From assembly GCA_018657495.1 (NCBI GenBank), contig JABHXA010000003.1, positions 146,937 through 210,936 on the forward strand: 64,000 bases of DNA, read 5' to 3'. Positions 39,894 to 50,060 of this stretch are shown piece by piece (the first letter of the stretch is position 1; the number at the start of each line of letters is the position of its first letter). The position numbers and the translations under genes were made by a program. The notes below the pieces were generated by a model that did no database searches, was not told the origin of the DNA, and saw nothing but the letters and a program-made list of their open reading frames with translations. Source of the DNA: Fidelibacterota bacterium. Its GTDB lineage: Bacteria > Fidelibacterota > Marinisomatia > SCGC-AAA003-L08 > JACNLC01.

Positions 39894-42173
39894 ATGACTA
39901 TAATGGATTCTATCATCAGACAAAGAATCAAAGTTAACGGGATTGTTCAGGGGGTTGGATTCCGACCATTTGTATATAATCTGGCGATCAAGAACAATCT
40001 TAATGGTTTTGTATCCAATACTTCCGATGGCGTCGTCATCGAGTTGGAGGGGGCAGCGGGAGTAGTCGATCAATTTCTGGAATCAATGAGTGATTCTCCT
40101 CCACCGTTATCCAGCATATTATCACTGGATGCGAATTATATTCAGGTGGCAAATGACTGCGGTTTTAAGATAATCACTTCAAAATCTAATAATGAGATTT
40201 CAACCCAAATTTCCCCTGATGCTGCCATTTGTAGGGATTGCCTCAATGAAATATCTGATGTTGATAATCGGCGCTTTGAGTATCCATTTACAAACTGCAC
40301 AAATTGCGGTCCCCGTTATACAATAATTAAAGAATTACCGTATGACAGACATCTAACAACAATGTCAGATTTTAAAATGTGCAGCCAATGCAAAGAGGAA
40401 TATGACAATCCCATGGATCGTCGTTTTCACGCTCAACCCAATGCTTGTCCTGATTGCGGCCCATCTTTGACATTAACAGCTCGAGATGGTAAATCAATCG
40501 CATCAAGTGATAAAATTTCAACCTGCATCTCTCTTTTGAAAAGTGGATTTATTGTAGCGATAAAAGGACTTGGCGGATTTCATCTGATGGTGGATGCCAC
40601 CAATAGCAATGCTGTATCCCGTCTGAGAACACGGAAGAATCGAGAAGAAAAACCCTTTGCGGTAATGGCAAAAAACCTTGACCATGCAAGGGACTTATGT
40701 CATATTTGTGGCACTGAGGAGATATGGCTTACTTCTATACAATCACCTATAATGTTATTGAAAAGCATTGAAAATAATAATATCGCCAGTAATGTTGCTC
40801 CAGGCAGTGAATTTCTCGGAGTAATGCTTCCATATACGCCTTTACATGATCTCCTTATGAACTGCATTGTCGATGTTCCACCTTTGGTGATGACAAGCGG
40901 CAATTTGAGTGATGAACCTATCTGTATTGACAATGATGAGGCATTGGATCAACTCGGTGATATTGCAGATTATTTTTTATTACATGACCGAAGGATACAC
41001 ATTCGTGCCGATGATTCTGTGGTGATGATTATCAATAACAAACCACGGGTTATTCGTCGTAGTAGGGGATTTGCACCGGCACCGGTCATTCTCAAAAATA
41101 ATGGTCCTTCTGTTCTTGCTGTCGGTGGAGATTTAAAGAACACTATTTGTCTTCTAAAAAATAAAAATGCCCGGATTAGTCAGCATAATGGGGATTTGGA
41201 AAATCTTAAAGCGTATGAAACTTTCCAACAAACCATTCACCATCTTAAAGATATTTTTGATATTCAACCTGATATATTAGCCTGTGATATGCACCCTGGA
41301 TATTTTTCCACTCAGTGGGCAAAATCTATTTCCTATTTACCATTGTTTGAGGTGCAACATCATCACGCCCATCTTGCATCCGGCATGGCTGAATTTGGCC
41401 TGGAAAACCCTGTCATTGGCATAATCATGGACGGAACGGGTTATGGATTGGATAAAACAATTTGGGGCGGTGAGTTCCTTGTTGGAGATTATCATGGTTT
41501 TCAAAGGATAAATAAGTTCCAAAATATGCCCCTTCCCGGTGGTGATGCCGCTATCAAATCTCCCTGGAGAACGGCAATTGGATACCTCTTTAAAACGTAT
41601 GGAGATAGTCTGCCTGATTTGCCATTTATGATGTTACATGATTATGAACCGGTAATACAGATTGTTCAAAAGGGAATCAACAGTCCATTAACCAGTAGTT
41701 GCGGTCGATTATTTGATGCTGTTTCGGCTATGTGCGGCGGTAAGCAGGAAATCCGTTATGAAGGGCAGGCAGCGATTGAATTCATGAATGCAGCGGCGGC
41801 AGCAGGTGGTCGTTCATGTCTTGATTTTGAAATTATAGGTGATGTTGTTTCAGTGGAAAGTATTATCCGGTCGATTGTAAAATGTCTAAAAATGGATGAT
41901 AATTTATCTGTCATCAGCAGGAAGTTTCATAATACGATGATCAAAATATTTACGCAGGTGGCGATTCAAATATCTAAAGATACCGGTATAAATGACGTGG
42001 TACTCAGCGGTGGGGTTTTCCAGAATCGAATTTTACTTTCAGGAGTGAACGCCGCTTTAGAAAAGAACGGGTTATCCGTTTTCTCTCATGAACAGATACC
42101 CACAAATGACGGTGGGATTTCTCTGGGTCAGGCAATGATTGCCAGAAATAAATTACATAATAATAAAAATTGA
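39894..42173 (+). CDS. hypF: Carbamoyltransferase HypF
   Basis: 759 aa. Acylphosphatase domain (VNGIVQGVGFRPFVY), two CxxC zinc-finger pairs, then YrdC-like and Kae1-like domains. Confidence 0.95.
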   Translation: MTIMDSIIRQRIKVNGIVQGVGFRPFVYNLAIKNNLNGFVSNTSDGVVIELEGAAGVVDQFLESMSDSPPPLSSILSLDANYIQVANDCGFKIITSKSNNEISTQISPDAAICRDCLNEISDVDNRRFEYPFTNCTNCGPRYTIIKELPYDRHLTTMSDFKMCSQCKEEYDNPMDRRFHAQPNACPDCGPSLTLTARDGKSIASSDKISTCISLLKSGFIVAIKGLGGFHLMVDATNSNAVSRLRTRKNREEKPFAVMAKNLDHARDLCHICGTEEIWLTSIQSPIMLLKSIENNNIASNVAPGSEFLGVMLPYTPLHDLLMNCIVDVPPLVMTSGNLSDEPICIDNDEALDQLGDIADYFLLHDRRIHIRADDSVVMIINNKPRVIRRSRGFAPAPVILKNNGPSVLAVGGDLKNTICLLKNKNARISQHNGDLENLKAYETFQQTIHHLKDIFDIQPDILACDMHPGYFSTQWAKSISYLPLFEVQHHHAHLASGMAEFGLENPVIGIIMDGTGYGLDKTIWGGEFLVGDYHGFQRINKFQNMPLPGGDAAIKSPWRTAIGYLFKTYGDSLPDLPFMMLHDYEPVIQIVQKGINSPLTSSCGRLFDAVSAMCGGKQEIRYEGQAAIEFMNAAAAAGGRSCLDFEIIGDVVSVESIIRSIVKCLKMDDNLSVISRKFHNTMIKIFTQVAIQISKDTGINDVVLSGGVFQNRILLSGVNAALEKNGLSVFSHEQIPTNDGGISLGQAMIARNKLHNNKN

Positions 42174-42185
42174 TACGAGGATAAT

Positions 42186-42422
42186 ATGTGTCTTGCAATG
42201 CCGGGAAAAGTGATAAAAGTTTTTGAGGAGAATGGTCTGAAAATGGCCAATATTGATTACAGCGGCACTATCAATAAAGCCTGCATTGAATATGTTCCTG
42301 AGATTACTGCCGGTGAATACACTATCATCCACGCTGGTTTTGCTATTTCCGTTATCAATGAAGATGAAGCAATGAAATCATTCGAAGCCTGGCAGGAGTT
42401 GGAGAAAAGGATAAATGAATAA
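42186..42422 (+). CDS. hypC: Hydrogenase assembly chaperone HypC/HupF
   Basis: 78 aa starting with MCLAMPGKV. Confidence 0.9.
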   Translation: MCLAMPGKVIKVFEENGLKMANIDYSGTINKACIEYVPEITAGEYTIIHAGFAISVINEDEAMKSFEAWQELEKRINE

Positions 42423-42465
42423 AGAGTCATTTCTACTTCAACAAAAAAGAAAAACCAATTAATTT

Positions 42466-43557
42466 ATGATAAAATATTTGGATGAGTTCCGGGACCCGAT
42501 TGTGGCAAAGCGGATACTGGAAACAATCAAGAATACGGTAACCCAACCCTGGGTGATAATGGAGATTTGTGGTGGTCAGACTCATTCCATCATCCGAAAT
42601 GGGATTGATCAACTATTACCAAAGGAAATCGAATTGGTTCATGGACCTGGATGCCCCGTCTGCGTCACACCTATCGAAATTATCGATAAGGCGATGGCTC
42701 TGGCATCCAAACCGAATGTGATATTTACCAGTTTTGGCGATATGTTGAGAGTTCCCGGCTCAGATAAAGATTTGTTCATGATCAAATCCACAGGTGCCGA
42801 TGTGAGATCGGTTTATTCACCATTGGAATCTCTGAATATTGCGAGGAAAAACCCAAGTAAGGAAGTAATATTTCTTGCAGTAGGATTTGAAACAACTGCA
42901 CCGGGAAATGCTATGGCAATCCATCAGGCATCAAAAGAAGGTATCACAAATTTTAGTGAATTAGTAAGTCATGTATTGGTGCCGCCTGCAATGGAAACAT
43001 TATTATCATCTCCGGCAAACCGCGTTCAGGGCTACCTTGCAGCCGGCCATGTATGCGCTGTCATGGGTTGGCAGGAATATGAACCCATCGCCGAAAAATA
43101 TATGGTCCCAATAGTACCAACGGGGTTTGAACCGGTTGATGTGCTTGAAGGAATTCTCATGGTGGTGGAGATGCTTGAGAAAAATGACTATAGCGTAAAA
43201 AATCAATACCTTCGCACGGTGAGGCGTCAAGGAAATATTCCAGCACAAAAGATTATTCAGGATGTTTTTGAGGTCACCAATCAGGCCTGGCGCGGTATTG
43301 GCAATATTGCTTTAAGCGGACTTAAAATTCGTCAAAAATATCATCATTATGATGCTGCCAAAAAGTTTTCTGTTGATGATATACATTCCCAGGAATCAGA
43401 ATTATGTCTGAGCGGCATCATTTTGCAGGGAGTCAAAAAACCAAACCAATGTCCTGCTTTTGGAAAAGAATGCACCCCTATGCATCCATTAGGTGCAACT
43501 ATGGTATCGAATGAGGGCGCCTGTGCGGCATATTATAAATACCAGCGTTTGAAATGA
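42466..43557 (+). CDS. hypD: Hydrogenase maturation Fe-S protein HypD
   Basis: 363 aa. Motifs [17 protein letters not shown] and FETT. Confidence 0.95.
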   Translation: MIKYLDEFRDPIVAKRILETIKNTVTQPWVIMEICGGQTHSIIRNGIDQLLPKEIELVHGPGCPVCVTPIEIIDKAMALASKPNVIFTSFGDMLRVPGSDKDLFMIKSTGADVRSVYSPLESLNIARKNPSKEVIFLAVGFETTAPGNAMAIHQASKEGITNFSELVSHVLVPPAMETLLSSPANRVQGYLAAGHVCAVMGWQEYEPIAEKYMVPIVPTGFEPVDVLEGILMVVEMLEKNDYSVKNQYLRTVRRQGNIPAQKIIQDVFEVTNQAWRGIGNIALSGLKIRQKYHHYDAAKKFSVDDIHSQESELCLSGIILQGVKKPNQCPAFGKECTPMHPLGATMVSNEGACAAYYKYQRLK

Positions 43558-43611
43558 ATATTCTCTCGTTAAATGCTGAGAAGAATCAAAAAAACATAAC
43601 TATACATTTAG

Positions 43612-44664
43612 ATGAACAATAATATGAAAGACTTCACCTGTCCGGTACCAATTTTAGAACATGATACAATCCAACTTGCCCATGGTGCTGGTGGACAATT
43701 ATCTTCAAAATTAATCGAAACCATGTTTCTTCCCAGGTTTGGCAATAAAATTCTCAATGATCTTGAAGACCAGGCTGTAGTACCCCTAAATGCCGGTAGA
43801 CTGGCAATTTCTACAGACTCATTTGTCGTAGATCCAATATTTTTTCCAGGTGGTAATATCGGTGAATTGGCCGTCAACGGTACTGTGAATGATGTAGCCA
43901 TGTCGGGAGCAAAACCCCTTTATCTCACTGTTGGATTTATACTGGAAGAAGGATTACCGATGGAAATATTGCATCGGATTCTATTGTCAATGGAGGCTGC
44001 AGCAAAAAAGGCTGGTGTTACCATTATTACCGGTGACACAAAAGTAGTAAACCACGGCTCTTGCGATCAGATATTTATTAATACAACCGGAATTGGGCAA
44101 GTGCCTGACAATGTAAATATTTCTGCATCATCATTAAGACCCGGAGACAAGATAATTATTTCCGGAACCGTTGCTGATCATGGAATGGCAGTTATGACCA
44201 GTCGCGAAGGATTATCTTTTCAAAGCCGGGTGAACAGTGACACTGCAGCCTTAAATCACATGATATCCAAAATGATAGAAGTATCACCGAATATACATGC
44301 ACTCCGCGATCCTACAAGAGGCGGTGTTGCCACCACTTTGAATGAATTTGCCAAATCTTCCAATATCGGGATAAGAATTCTCGAAGGAAGCATTCCGATA
44401 CTCCCTGATACCAGGGCTGCCTGTGAGGTCCTCGGTATTGATCCACTGAATGTAGCTAACGAAGGTAAACTTATCGCCGCAGTACCTGGGGAGATCGCCG
44501 CAGATATGCTTCAGGTTATCAAACGTTGCGAATATGGTAATAATGCAGAAATTATTGGTGAAGTTATCGACGATCACCCCGGAATGGTTACTATGAAAAC
44601 GGCATTGGGAGCCCTGAGGATTATTGATATGCCTCTTGGTGAACAATTACCGCGGATTTGTTAA
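43612..44664 (+). CDS. hypE: Hydrogenase maturation carbamoyl dehydratase HypE
   Basis: 350 aa with a PurM-like fold. It ends with the conserved PRIC. Confidence 0.95.
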   Translation: MNNNMKDFTCPVPILEHDTIQLAHGAGGQLSSKLIETMFLPRFGNKILNDLEDQAVVPLNAGRLAISTDSFVVDPIFFPGGNIGELAVNGTVNDVAMSGAKPLYLTVGFILEEGLPMEILHRILLSMEAAAKKAGVTIITGDTKVVNHGSCDQIFINTTGIGQVPDNVNISASSLRPGDKIIISGTVADHGMAVMTSREGLSFQSRVNSDTAALNHMISKMIEVSPNIHALRDPTRGGVATTLNEFAKSSNIGIRILEGSIPILPDTRAACEVLGIDPLNVANEGKLIAAVPGEIAADMLQVIKRCEYGNNAEIIGEVIDDHPGMVTMKTALGALRIIDMPLGEQLPRIC

Positions 44665-44755
44665 ACCATACAATTTGTCGTCAATAATTATTTCGAAATA
44701 ATCTTAATTTATAAATCTGATTATTCTTGATTAATTCGTTTCAGAGGACAGCAAT

Positions 44756-45214
44756 TTGGATCAAATCACATCGGCAATTTTTACAATTATTATTATATTC
44801 CTATCCGGACTTGGATGGACATTATCATTTTATTTCTACGGTGTCCATAAAAAGACCATTCCCGACATAGTTTGGTGGATTCCTAAATTTCTTCAAATGG
44901 CAAAATGTCGCTGCGGGGATATCGTCGAATCTAAGTATGGTAAAATCTTAGGAAGATCAAACAGCTTCTGGGGAATATGGTATTACCTGGCTTTGATCAT
45001 TATTTCGGCGGGCAATTATTTCTTTTTCTATCCACCATTCATATCGATTTTAATTATTTCAATTTTATCAGTCCTGTTCAGTATTTATCTGATGTGGGGA
45101 CTATATTCATTGAGAATTATCTGCCGGACCTGTTTGGGGGTTCATGTAATAAATATCTTAATTATGGCTGTAGCAATTTTACGAGCGATTCTCTATTCGT
45201 TAAATGTTACATAA
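44756..45214 (+). CDS. Vitamin K epoxide reductase (VKOR)-like 4-TM thiol oxidoreductase
   Basis: 152 aa with four hydrophobic helices. Loop cysteines lie in KCRCGDIVESKYGKILG, followed by the SNSFWGIWYY pattern. A CRTC (CXXC) motif sits at the start of the last helix. TTG start. Confidence 0.5.
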   Translation: MDQITSAIFTIIIIFLSGLGWTLSFYFYGVHKKTIPDIVWWIPKFLQMAKCRCGDIVESKYGKILGRSNSFWGIWYYLALIIISAGNYFFFYPPFISILIISILSVLFSIYLMWGLYSLRIICRTCLGVHVINILIMAVAILRAILYSLNVT

Positions 45215-45280
45215 TTATCTGTAATCATTAATTTACTCCGTCAATTTCCAAAACTCCATATAGTGAAAATTCAAGTTGAT

Positions 45281-45312
45281 AAAAAAAGCCTCTGCAGAAT
45301 ACAGAGGCTTTT
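45281..45312. terminator. Bidirectional rho-independent terminator between VKOR-like gene and rplI
   Basis: AAAAAAA-GCCTCTG-CAGAATA-CAGAGGC-TTTT. The GC-rich 7-bp stem is flanked by an A-run and a T-run, so it can serve both convergent transcription units. Confidence 0.75.
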
Positions 45313-45345
45313 AAATGTAAGGATTTTATCTTAGAATCGAATTAT

Positions 45346-45789
45346 TTATTCAGCTGCGACTTTAATCTTGACTCTTCCTGACACACCATGTCCAAGTTTC
45401 ACATTTACATAATGACTACCAATATGATTAATGGCCTCAGGAATTTCAACTTCCTTTTTATCGATTGGGTAACCTTTGGAAATCACTGCATCGGCAATCA
45501 TTGCTGATGTTACAGATCCGAATAATTTACCTTCTTCACCTGCTTTTAAAGTAAACTTCAGGGTAAGTTTGTTCAATCGTGCTGAGAGTGCTTCTAGGTT
45601 ATCTCGTTTTTTTGCTTCCTGGATACTCGCTTGCTCAACTGCAGTTGCAATGGCAGCAATATTTTTCTTATTGGCTTGACGGGCAAGGTCTTTCGGCAGA
45701 AGATAGTTTCTTGCATATCCATCTTTTACGATAACTACTTCACCTGCCTTACCGAGAGAATTTACATCTTTGGTTAGAATTATTTTCAT
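45346..45789 (-). CDS. rplI: 50S ribosomal protein L9
   Basis: 147 aa, MKIILTKDVNSLGKAGEVVIVKDGYARNYLLP. Confidence 0.95.
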   Translation of the reverse strand: MKIILTKDVNSLGKAGEVVIVKDGYARNYLLPKDLARQANKKNIAAIATAVEQASIQEAKKRDNLEALSARLNKLTLKFTLKAGEEGKLFGSVTSAMIADAVISKGYPIDKKEVEIPEAINHIGSHYVNVKLGHGVSGRVKIKVAAE

Positions 45790-45801
45790 ATATCTAATCT
45801 C

Positions 45802-46032
45802 CTAAATATCGCGGTAATCAACAGTAAAAGGCAGGAATGCGATGTTTCTTGCTCTTTTTATTGCCCGTGTGATATGTCTTTGATGTTTAGAACAAACACC
45901 GGTAACAAATCCCGGTATGATTTTACCCTGTTCAGTGAGGAATTTTCTTAATAGTTTATATTCTTTATAATTGATTACTATTTCTGAATTCTCACAAAAT
46001 GAACAAATTTTTCTTTGACTGATAAATGCCAT
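45802..46032 (-). CDS. rpsR: 30S ribosomal protein S18
   Basis: 76 aa. FCENSEIVINYKEYKLLRKFLTEQGKIIP...RAIKRARNIAFLPF. Confidence 0.9.
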   Translation of the reverse strand: MAFISQRKICSFCENSEIVINYKEYKLLRKFLTEQGKIIPGFVTGVCSKHQRHITRAIKRARNIAFLPFTVDYRDI

Positions 46033-46045
46033 TTAATATATCTCC

Positions 46046-46621
46046 TTACTCTTCTTTATTTTCTGGTTCGGTTTCACCCTCATCAGCTGTTGATTCGTCT
46101 GTATCTTCACTACTATCAGCTTCTTCTACAGATTCTTCAATTTTTGTTTCATCTGATTCCTCGGTCTGTTCATCCTGTTCTTCAGCAGGCTTCTCGGTTG
46201 ATTCTACTTCGGGAGTGTCTGAAGATTCTATCTTTGGTTTTTCGTCCGACTTTCTATCAGATTTATCAGAATCGGATGTCTTTGACTGACCGGCAATTTG
46301 AGTATCCAAATCACCAGGTTGCTCTCTCATCTCTGATTCTTCAATTTTTATAGTTTGATATGCTAAAACATTGGGATTATGCTCTAATTCAACATTCATT
46401 TCATTGATTATAACAGAGTCACCGGTGTACTGCATGTAAACGTATGTTCCATACTTCTGTTTGTCAATTAGATATGCAAGTTTTCGTCGTCCCCACACTT
46501 CGGTATTTTTTATTGAACCGCCCTTTCTTTCGAGCAAATTCTGTATTTCAACGATATCATCCTTTAAATGACCGCCTTCAAGAGCGGGGTGAATGATAAC
46601 AATTACTTCATAATATCTCAT
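46046..46621 (-). CDS. rpsF: 30S ribosomal protein S6 with ~95-aa acidic C-terminal extension
   Basis: The N-terminal ~95 aa are a typical S6 ([12 protein letters not shown]...WGRRKLAY). The rest is a D/E/S/T-rich tail. AAGGAA RBS upstream. Confidence 0.9.
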   Translation of the reverse strand: MRYYEVIVIIHPALEGGHLKDDIVEIQNLLERKGGSIKNTEVWGRRKLAYLIDKQKYGTYVYMQYTGDSVIINEMNVELEHNPNVLAYQTIKIEESEMREQPGDLDTQIAGQSKTSDSDKSDRKSDEKPKIESSDTPEVESTEKPAEEQDEQTEESDETKIEESVEEADSSEDTDESTADEGETEPENKEE

Positions 46622-46642
46622 ATACTATTCCTTACTTCTAAA

Positions 46643-48802
46643 TTATTTTATAATTAATGGTGCTATTACCAGAGATACAACTGACATGAGCTTGATAAGA
46701 ATATTCAGCGATGGCCCGGATGTATCTTTAAATGGATCACCAACAGTATCACCAACAACTGCGGCTTTATGAGCTTCACTTCCTTTAGAATACTTTTCAC
46801 CGTTTATTGTGATACCTTCTTCAAACATTTTCTTGGCATTATCCCATGCACCTCCAGCATTGGATTGGAATATCGCCATAAGTACACCTGTAACCGTTAC
46901 ACCGGCTAATAATCCACCTAGGGTTTCGGGTCCAAATACAAAACCGACAAATACTGGTGTACATATAGCAAGAAGACCCGGTAAGAGCATTTGTCTAATT
47001 GCCGATGAAGTTGATATTTCAACACATTTTCCATATTCAGGTTTACCATCTGCTGTATCAAATATTTTCTGATCCGCATCTGACATTTTTTCATCTTCAC
47101 CATATTTTTTCATAACTTTTAATGCTGCGGCTAATTCAGGTATGTTTTTGAATTGTCTTCGAACTTCTTCAATCATTGCCATGGCTGCTTTACCAACAGC
47201 ATTCATTGCCAAAGAAGAGAATAGGAAGGGCAGCATACCACCAACAAAGAGACCGGCCATAACTCTGGCTTCAGTAATATTTATACTTAATGCTTCTCCA
47301 CTGATTGATTCGACTGTTGTTCTAAATGCAGCAAATAATGCTAATGATGTAAGAGCGGCAGAACCAATTGCAAATCCTTTTCCAATAGCAGCAGTTGTAT
47401 TTCCAACAGCATCCAACTTATCCGTACGTTGTCTAACTTCTTTTGGAAGGTTTGCCATTTCAGCAATACCACCAGCATTATCAGAAATTGGACCATAAGC
47501 ATCAACTGCAAGCTGAATTCCCATATTAGCCAACATTCCAAGTGCTGCCATTGCTATACCGTATAAACCGGCAAAATGATTTGCACCCATGATGGCAGCT
47601 GCTAAAATAAGAATTGGTATGGCAGTAGATTGCATTCCAACACCAAGACCGGCAATAAGATTTGTCGCCGGTCCGGTAAGTGACTGTCGGGTGATTGATC
47701 TTACTGGTCCAGTATCAGTGCCAGTATAATGTTCTGTAACCATTCCGATACCCAAACCGGCAAAGAGTCCAATCAAAGTAGCCCAAAAAACTCCCAGACT
47801 CGTATAGGTCTGACTGCCAAGGACAAATTCAGATGGCAGCGTTTTTGTGATAACGAAATAAATAATAATTAGAAGGATAAATGATGATCCAAACTCACCT
47901 CGATTTAAGGCTTTCTGCGGGTTACCTCCTTCTTTTACGGAAACCATAAACGTACCAAGGATAGATACTAGAATACCAACCCCTGCAATCATCATTGGGA
48001 GGAGTATGAAGCTGGTATCCATATTTCCAGCCACCAGAACGGAAGCTCCAAGAACCATAGAACCAACTATTGAACCAACATAAGATTCAAATAAATCGGC
48101 ACCCATACCGGCTACATCACCAACATTGTCACCAACATTGTCAGCTATTGTTGCTGGATTCAATGGATGATCTTCTGGAATACCCGCTTCAACCTTACCA
48201 ACAAGATCAGCACCAACATCGGCAGCTTTTGTATAAATACCGCCACCAACACGAGCAAATAATGCGATTGATGATGCACCTAACGAGAAACCTGAAAGAA
48301 CAGTGATGATTCGAACATAATCATTGTTAAAATGATTAGAATAGAATAAAAACAGTCCACTTAATCCGATAACCCCGAGGGCTACCACACTAAGACCCAT
48401 GACAGAACCACCGGTAAATGCAACATTCAGGGCATTTGCTAATCCTTTTCTTGCTGCATGAGTTGTTCTATTATTTGCTTTTGTAGCGACGCGCATTCCG
48501 AGGAATCCTGCCAAACCGGATGCAAAAGCACCGATAACAAAGGATAGTGAAATTAATACACTGGATTTTTCATTGCCAAAATTTGCCCAACCAAGTAAAA
48601 CAGCAATAACAATGACAAATATTGCGAGTACGCGATATTCTGCTTTTAAGAATGCCATGGCGCCTTCAGCTATATCAGCACCGATTCTTTTCATTTTGTC
48701 CGTTCCTTCATCCTGTTTATTTATCCATCCTGTTTTCCAGAATGAATAAAGAAGCCCAATAACTCCGGCTCCTATAATCCAATATAAATGACTATTGTCC
48801 AT
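46643..48802 (-). CDS. hppA: Membrane-integral ion-translocating pyrophosphatase, K+-dependent signature
   Basis: 719 aa with about 16 TM helices. Motifs DNVGDNVGD and [17 protein letters not shown] (Ala at the K+-dependence position). Confidence 0.95.
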   Translation of the reverse strand: MDNSHLYWIIGAGVIGLLYSFWKTGWINKQDEGTDKMKRIGADIAEGAMAFLKAEYRVLAIFVIVIAVLLGWANFGNEKSSVLISLSFVIGAFASGLAGFLGMRVATKANNRTTHAARKGLANALNVAFTGGSVMGLSVVALGVIGLSGLFLFYSNHFNNDYVRIITVLSGFSLGASSIALFARVGGGIYTKAADVGADLVGKVEAGIPEDHPLNPATIADNVGDNVGDVAGMGADLFESYVGSIVGSMVLGASVLVAGNMDTSFILLPMMIAGVGILVSILGTFMVSVKEGGNPQKALNRGEFGSSFILLIIIYFVITKTLPSEFVLGSQTYTSLGVFWATLIGLFAGLGIGMVTEHYTGTDTGPVRSITRQSLTGPATNLIAGLGVGMQSTAIPILILAAAIMGANHFAGLYGIAMAALGMLANMGIQLAVDAYGPISDNAGGIAEMANLPKEVRQRTDKLDAVGNTTAAIGKGFAIGSAALTSLALFAAFRTTVESISGEALSINITEARVMAGLFVGGMLPFLFSSLAMNAVGKAAMAMIEEVRRQFKNIPELAAALKVMKKYGEDEKMSDADQKIFDTADGKPEYGKCVEISTSSAIRQMLLPGLLAICTPVFVGFVFGPETLGGLLAGVTVTGVLMAIFQSNAGGAWDNAKKMFEEGITINGEKYSKGSEAHKAAVVGDTVGDPFKDTSGPSLNILIKLMSVVSLVIAPLIIK

Positions 48803-48808
48803 TCAATC

Positions 48809-49366
48809 TTATCCTTTTTGATTATATTTATTCATTGTAGCTTCCAATCCATTATCAATAAGATATCCGATAGCTTCGCATGCAGTATCAACTACAGAAG
48901 CAATTGATTCATTATGTGATTTATGGAATGGGCGCAGTACATATTTTTCTGCAGGTCTCATATGGCCTTCAGTGGCAATGCCAAGTTTCAATCTATTAAA
49001 ATTCTCACTTCTAAGATGATAGATAATTGACTCAACCCCTCGATGACCTCCCGTACCTCCCTTTTGACGAAAGCGGATACTTCCCAAAGGCAAATCAATA
49101 TCATCGTAGGCCACAAGCATATTTTCTAAAGGGACATCAAAATATCGAATTGCATCTGCCACAGCTATTCCACTTTCATTCATATAGGTAACTGGTTTTA
49201 CCAATATCATTTTCCCTGAAATTTGGGCAAAAATATACTTGCCTTTTCCAGATCTAAAAGATATGCTGTTTTGCTCAGCGAGTTTGTCTGCCACCCAATA
49301 ACCGAAATTATGTTTGGTACTCTCGTATTTTTTACCAGGATTTCCAAGGGCGGCAATGAGTAACAC
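48809..49366 (-). CDS. pth: Peptidyl-tRNA hydrolase
   Basis: 185 aa. LIAALGNPGKKYESTKHNFG and the HRG motif. Confidence 0.95.
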   Translation of the reverse strand: MLLIAALGNPGKKYESTKHNFGYWVADKLAEQNSISFRSGKGKYIFAQISGKMILVKPVTYMNESGIAVADAIRYFDVPLENMLVAYDDIDLPLGSIRFRQKGGTGGHRGVESIIYHLRSENFNRLKLGIATEGHMRPAEKYVLRPFHKSHNESIASVVDTACEAIGYLIDNGLEATMNKYNQKG

Positions 49367-49380
49367 AAATAAAAGATGTC

Positions 49381-50040
49381 CTATTCAGATTTTTCTTCAG
49401 ATTCTTCTTCAGATGCTTCGTCAGATTCTTCGTCAAACAAGATATCATCTTCATCCAGTTCTTCAGCTGTTTCAACTTCTGTTTCTTTAATACCATGAGT
49501 AACACTGGCAACAGTCACGTCATCACCGGTAACACACTGAACTTTATCAGGTATGATAATATCAGATACATGAAGACTGCTTCCAAGTTCAAGATTGCTA
49601 ACGTCTAAACTGACAAAATCTGGAATATCAGACGGCAGGCAATTGATATCTAATTCCATCACCATTTGGGATAGATTACCACCCTGCTCTGAAACACCAA
49701 TGGCAATTCCTTCTAACTGAATAGGTATCTTGAAATCAATAGCTTCATCCATCCTGACACCATAGAGATCGATATGCAGTATATCATCCGTAACTGGATG
49801 ATATTGAATATCCTTAAAAATCACAGTCCTGGATTTTCCACCAACCTTAATATTAAAAAGGTGTGCTTCTGATTTTACTGCAGAGTACAACTCACCTGTC
49901 TCCAGCATAAATGGGATACTTTCTTTGGAAGCATGAGAATAATAGATACCTGGAATCTTGTCTTCCTTGCGTATTTGTCTCATCGCTTTTTTTCCGAAAT
50001 TTTCTCGTTTTTCTAGTTTTATAGTGTATTCATTTGCCAT
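49381..50040 (-). CDS. rplY: 50S ribosomal protein L25/general stress protein Ctc, acidic C-tail
   Basis: 219 aa in the conserved prs-ctc-pth context. L25 N-domain plus Ctc C-domain, with the tail EELDEDDILFDEESDEASEEESEEKSE. Confidence 0.9.
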   Translation of the reverse strand: MANEYTIKLEKRENFGKKAMRQIRKEDKIPGIYYSHASKESIPFMLETGELYSAVKSEAHLFNIKVGGKSRTVIFKDIQYHPVTDDILHIDLYGVRMDEAIDFKIPIQLEGIAIGVSEQGGNLSQMVMELDINCLPSDIPDFVSLDVSNLELGSSLHVSDIIIPDKVQCVTGDDVTVASVTHGIKETEVETAEELDEDDILFDEESDEASEEESEEKSE

Positions 50041-50060
50041 TTTATTTCCCTCAAATATTT

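Noticed and set aside
45215-45345. Strand switch (mostly + genes to the left, 13 kb of - genes to the right) as a replication terminus, and the switch near 19 kb as an origin.
   Set aside because: No dnaA, DnaA-box cluster or dif-like site was recognised. Convergent genes with a bidirectional terminator are an ordinary arrangement, and GC skew cannot be judged by eye.
46015-46353. Two overlapping + strand ORFs (112 and 87 aa, Ser/Leu-rich) opposite the rpsR start and the rpsF 3' end.
   Set aside because: They are the reverse-complement reading of the GA-rich acidic-tail codons of S6 (GAA/GAT read as TTC/ATC). This is a compositional artefact.
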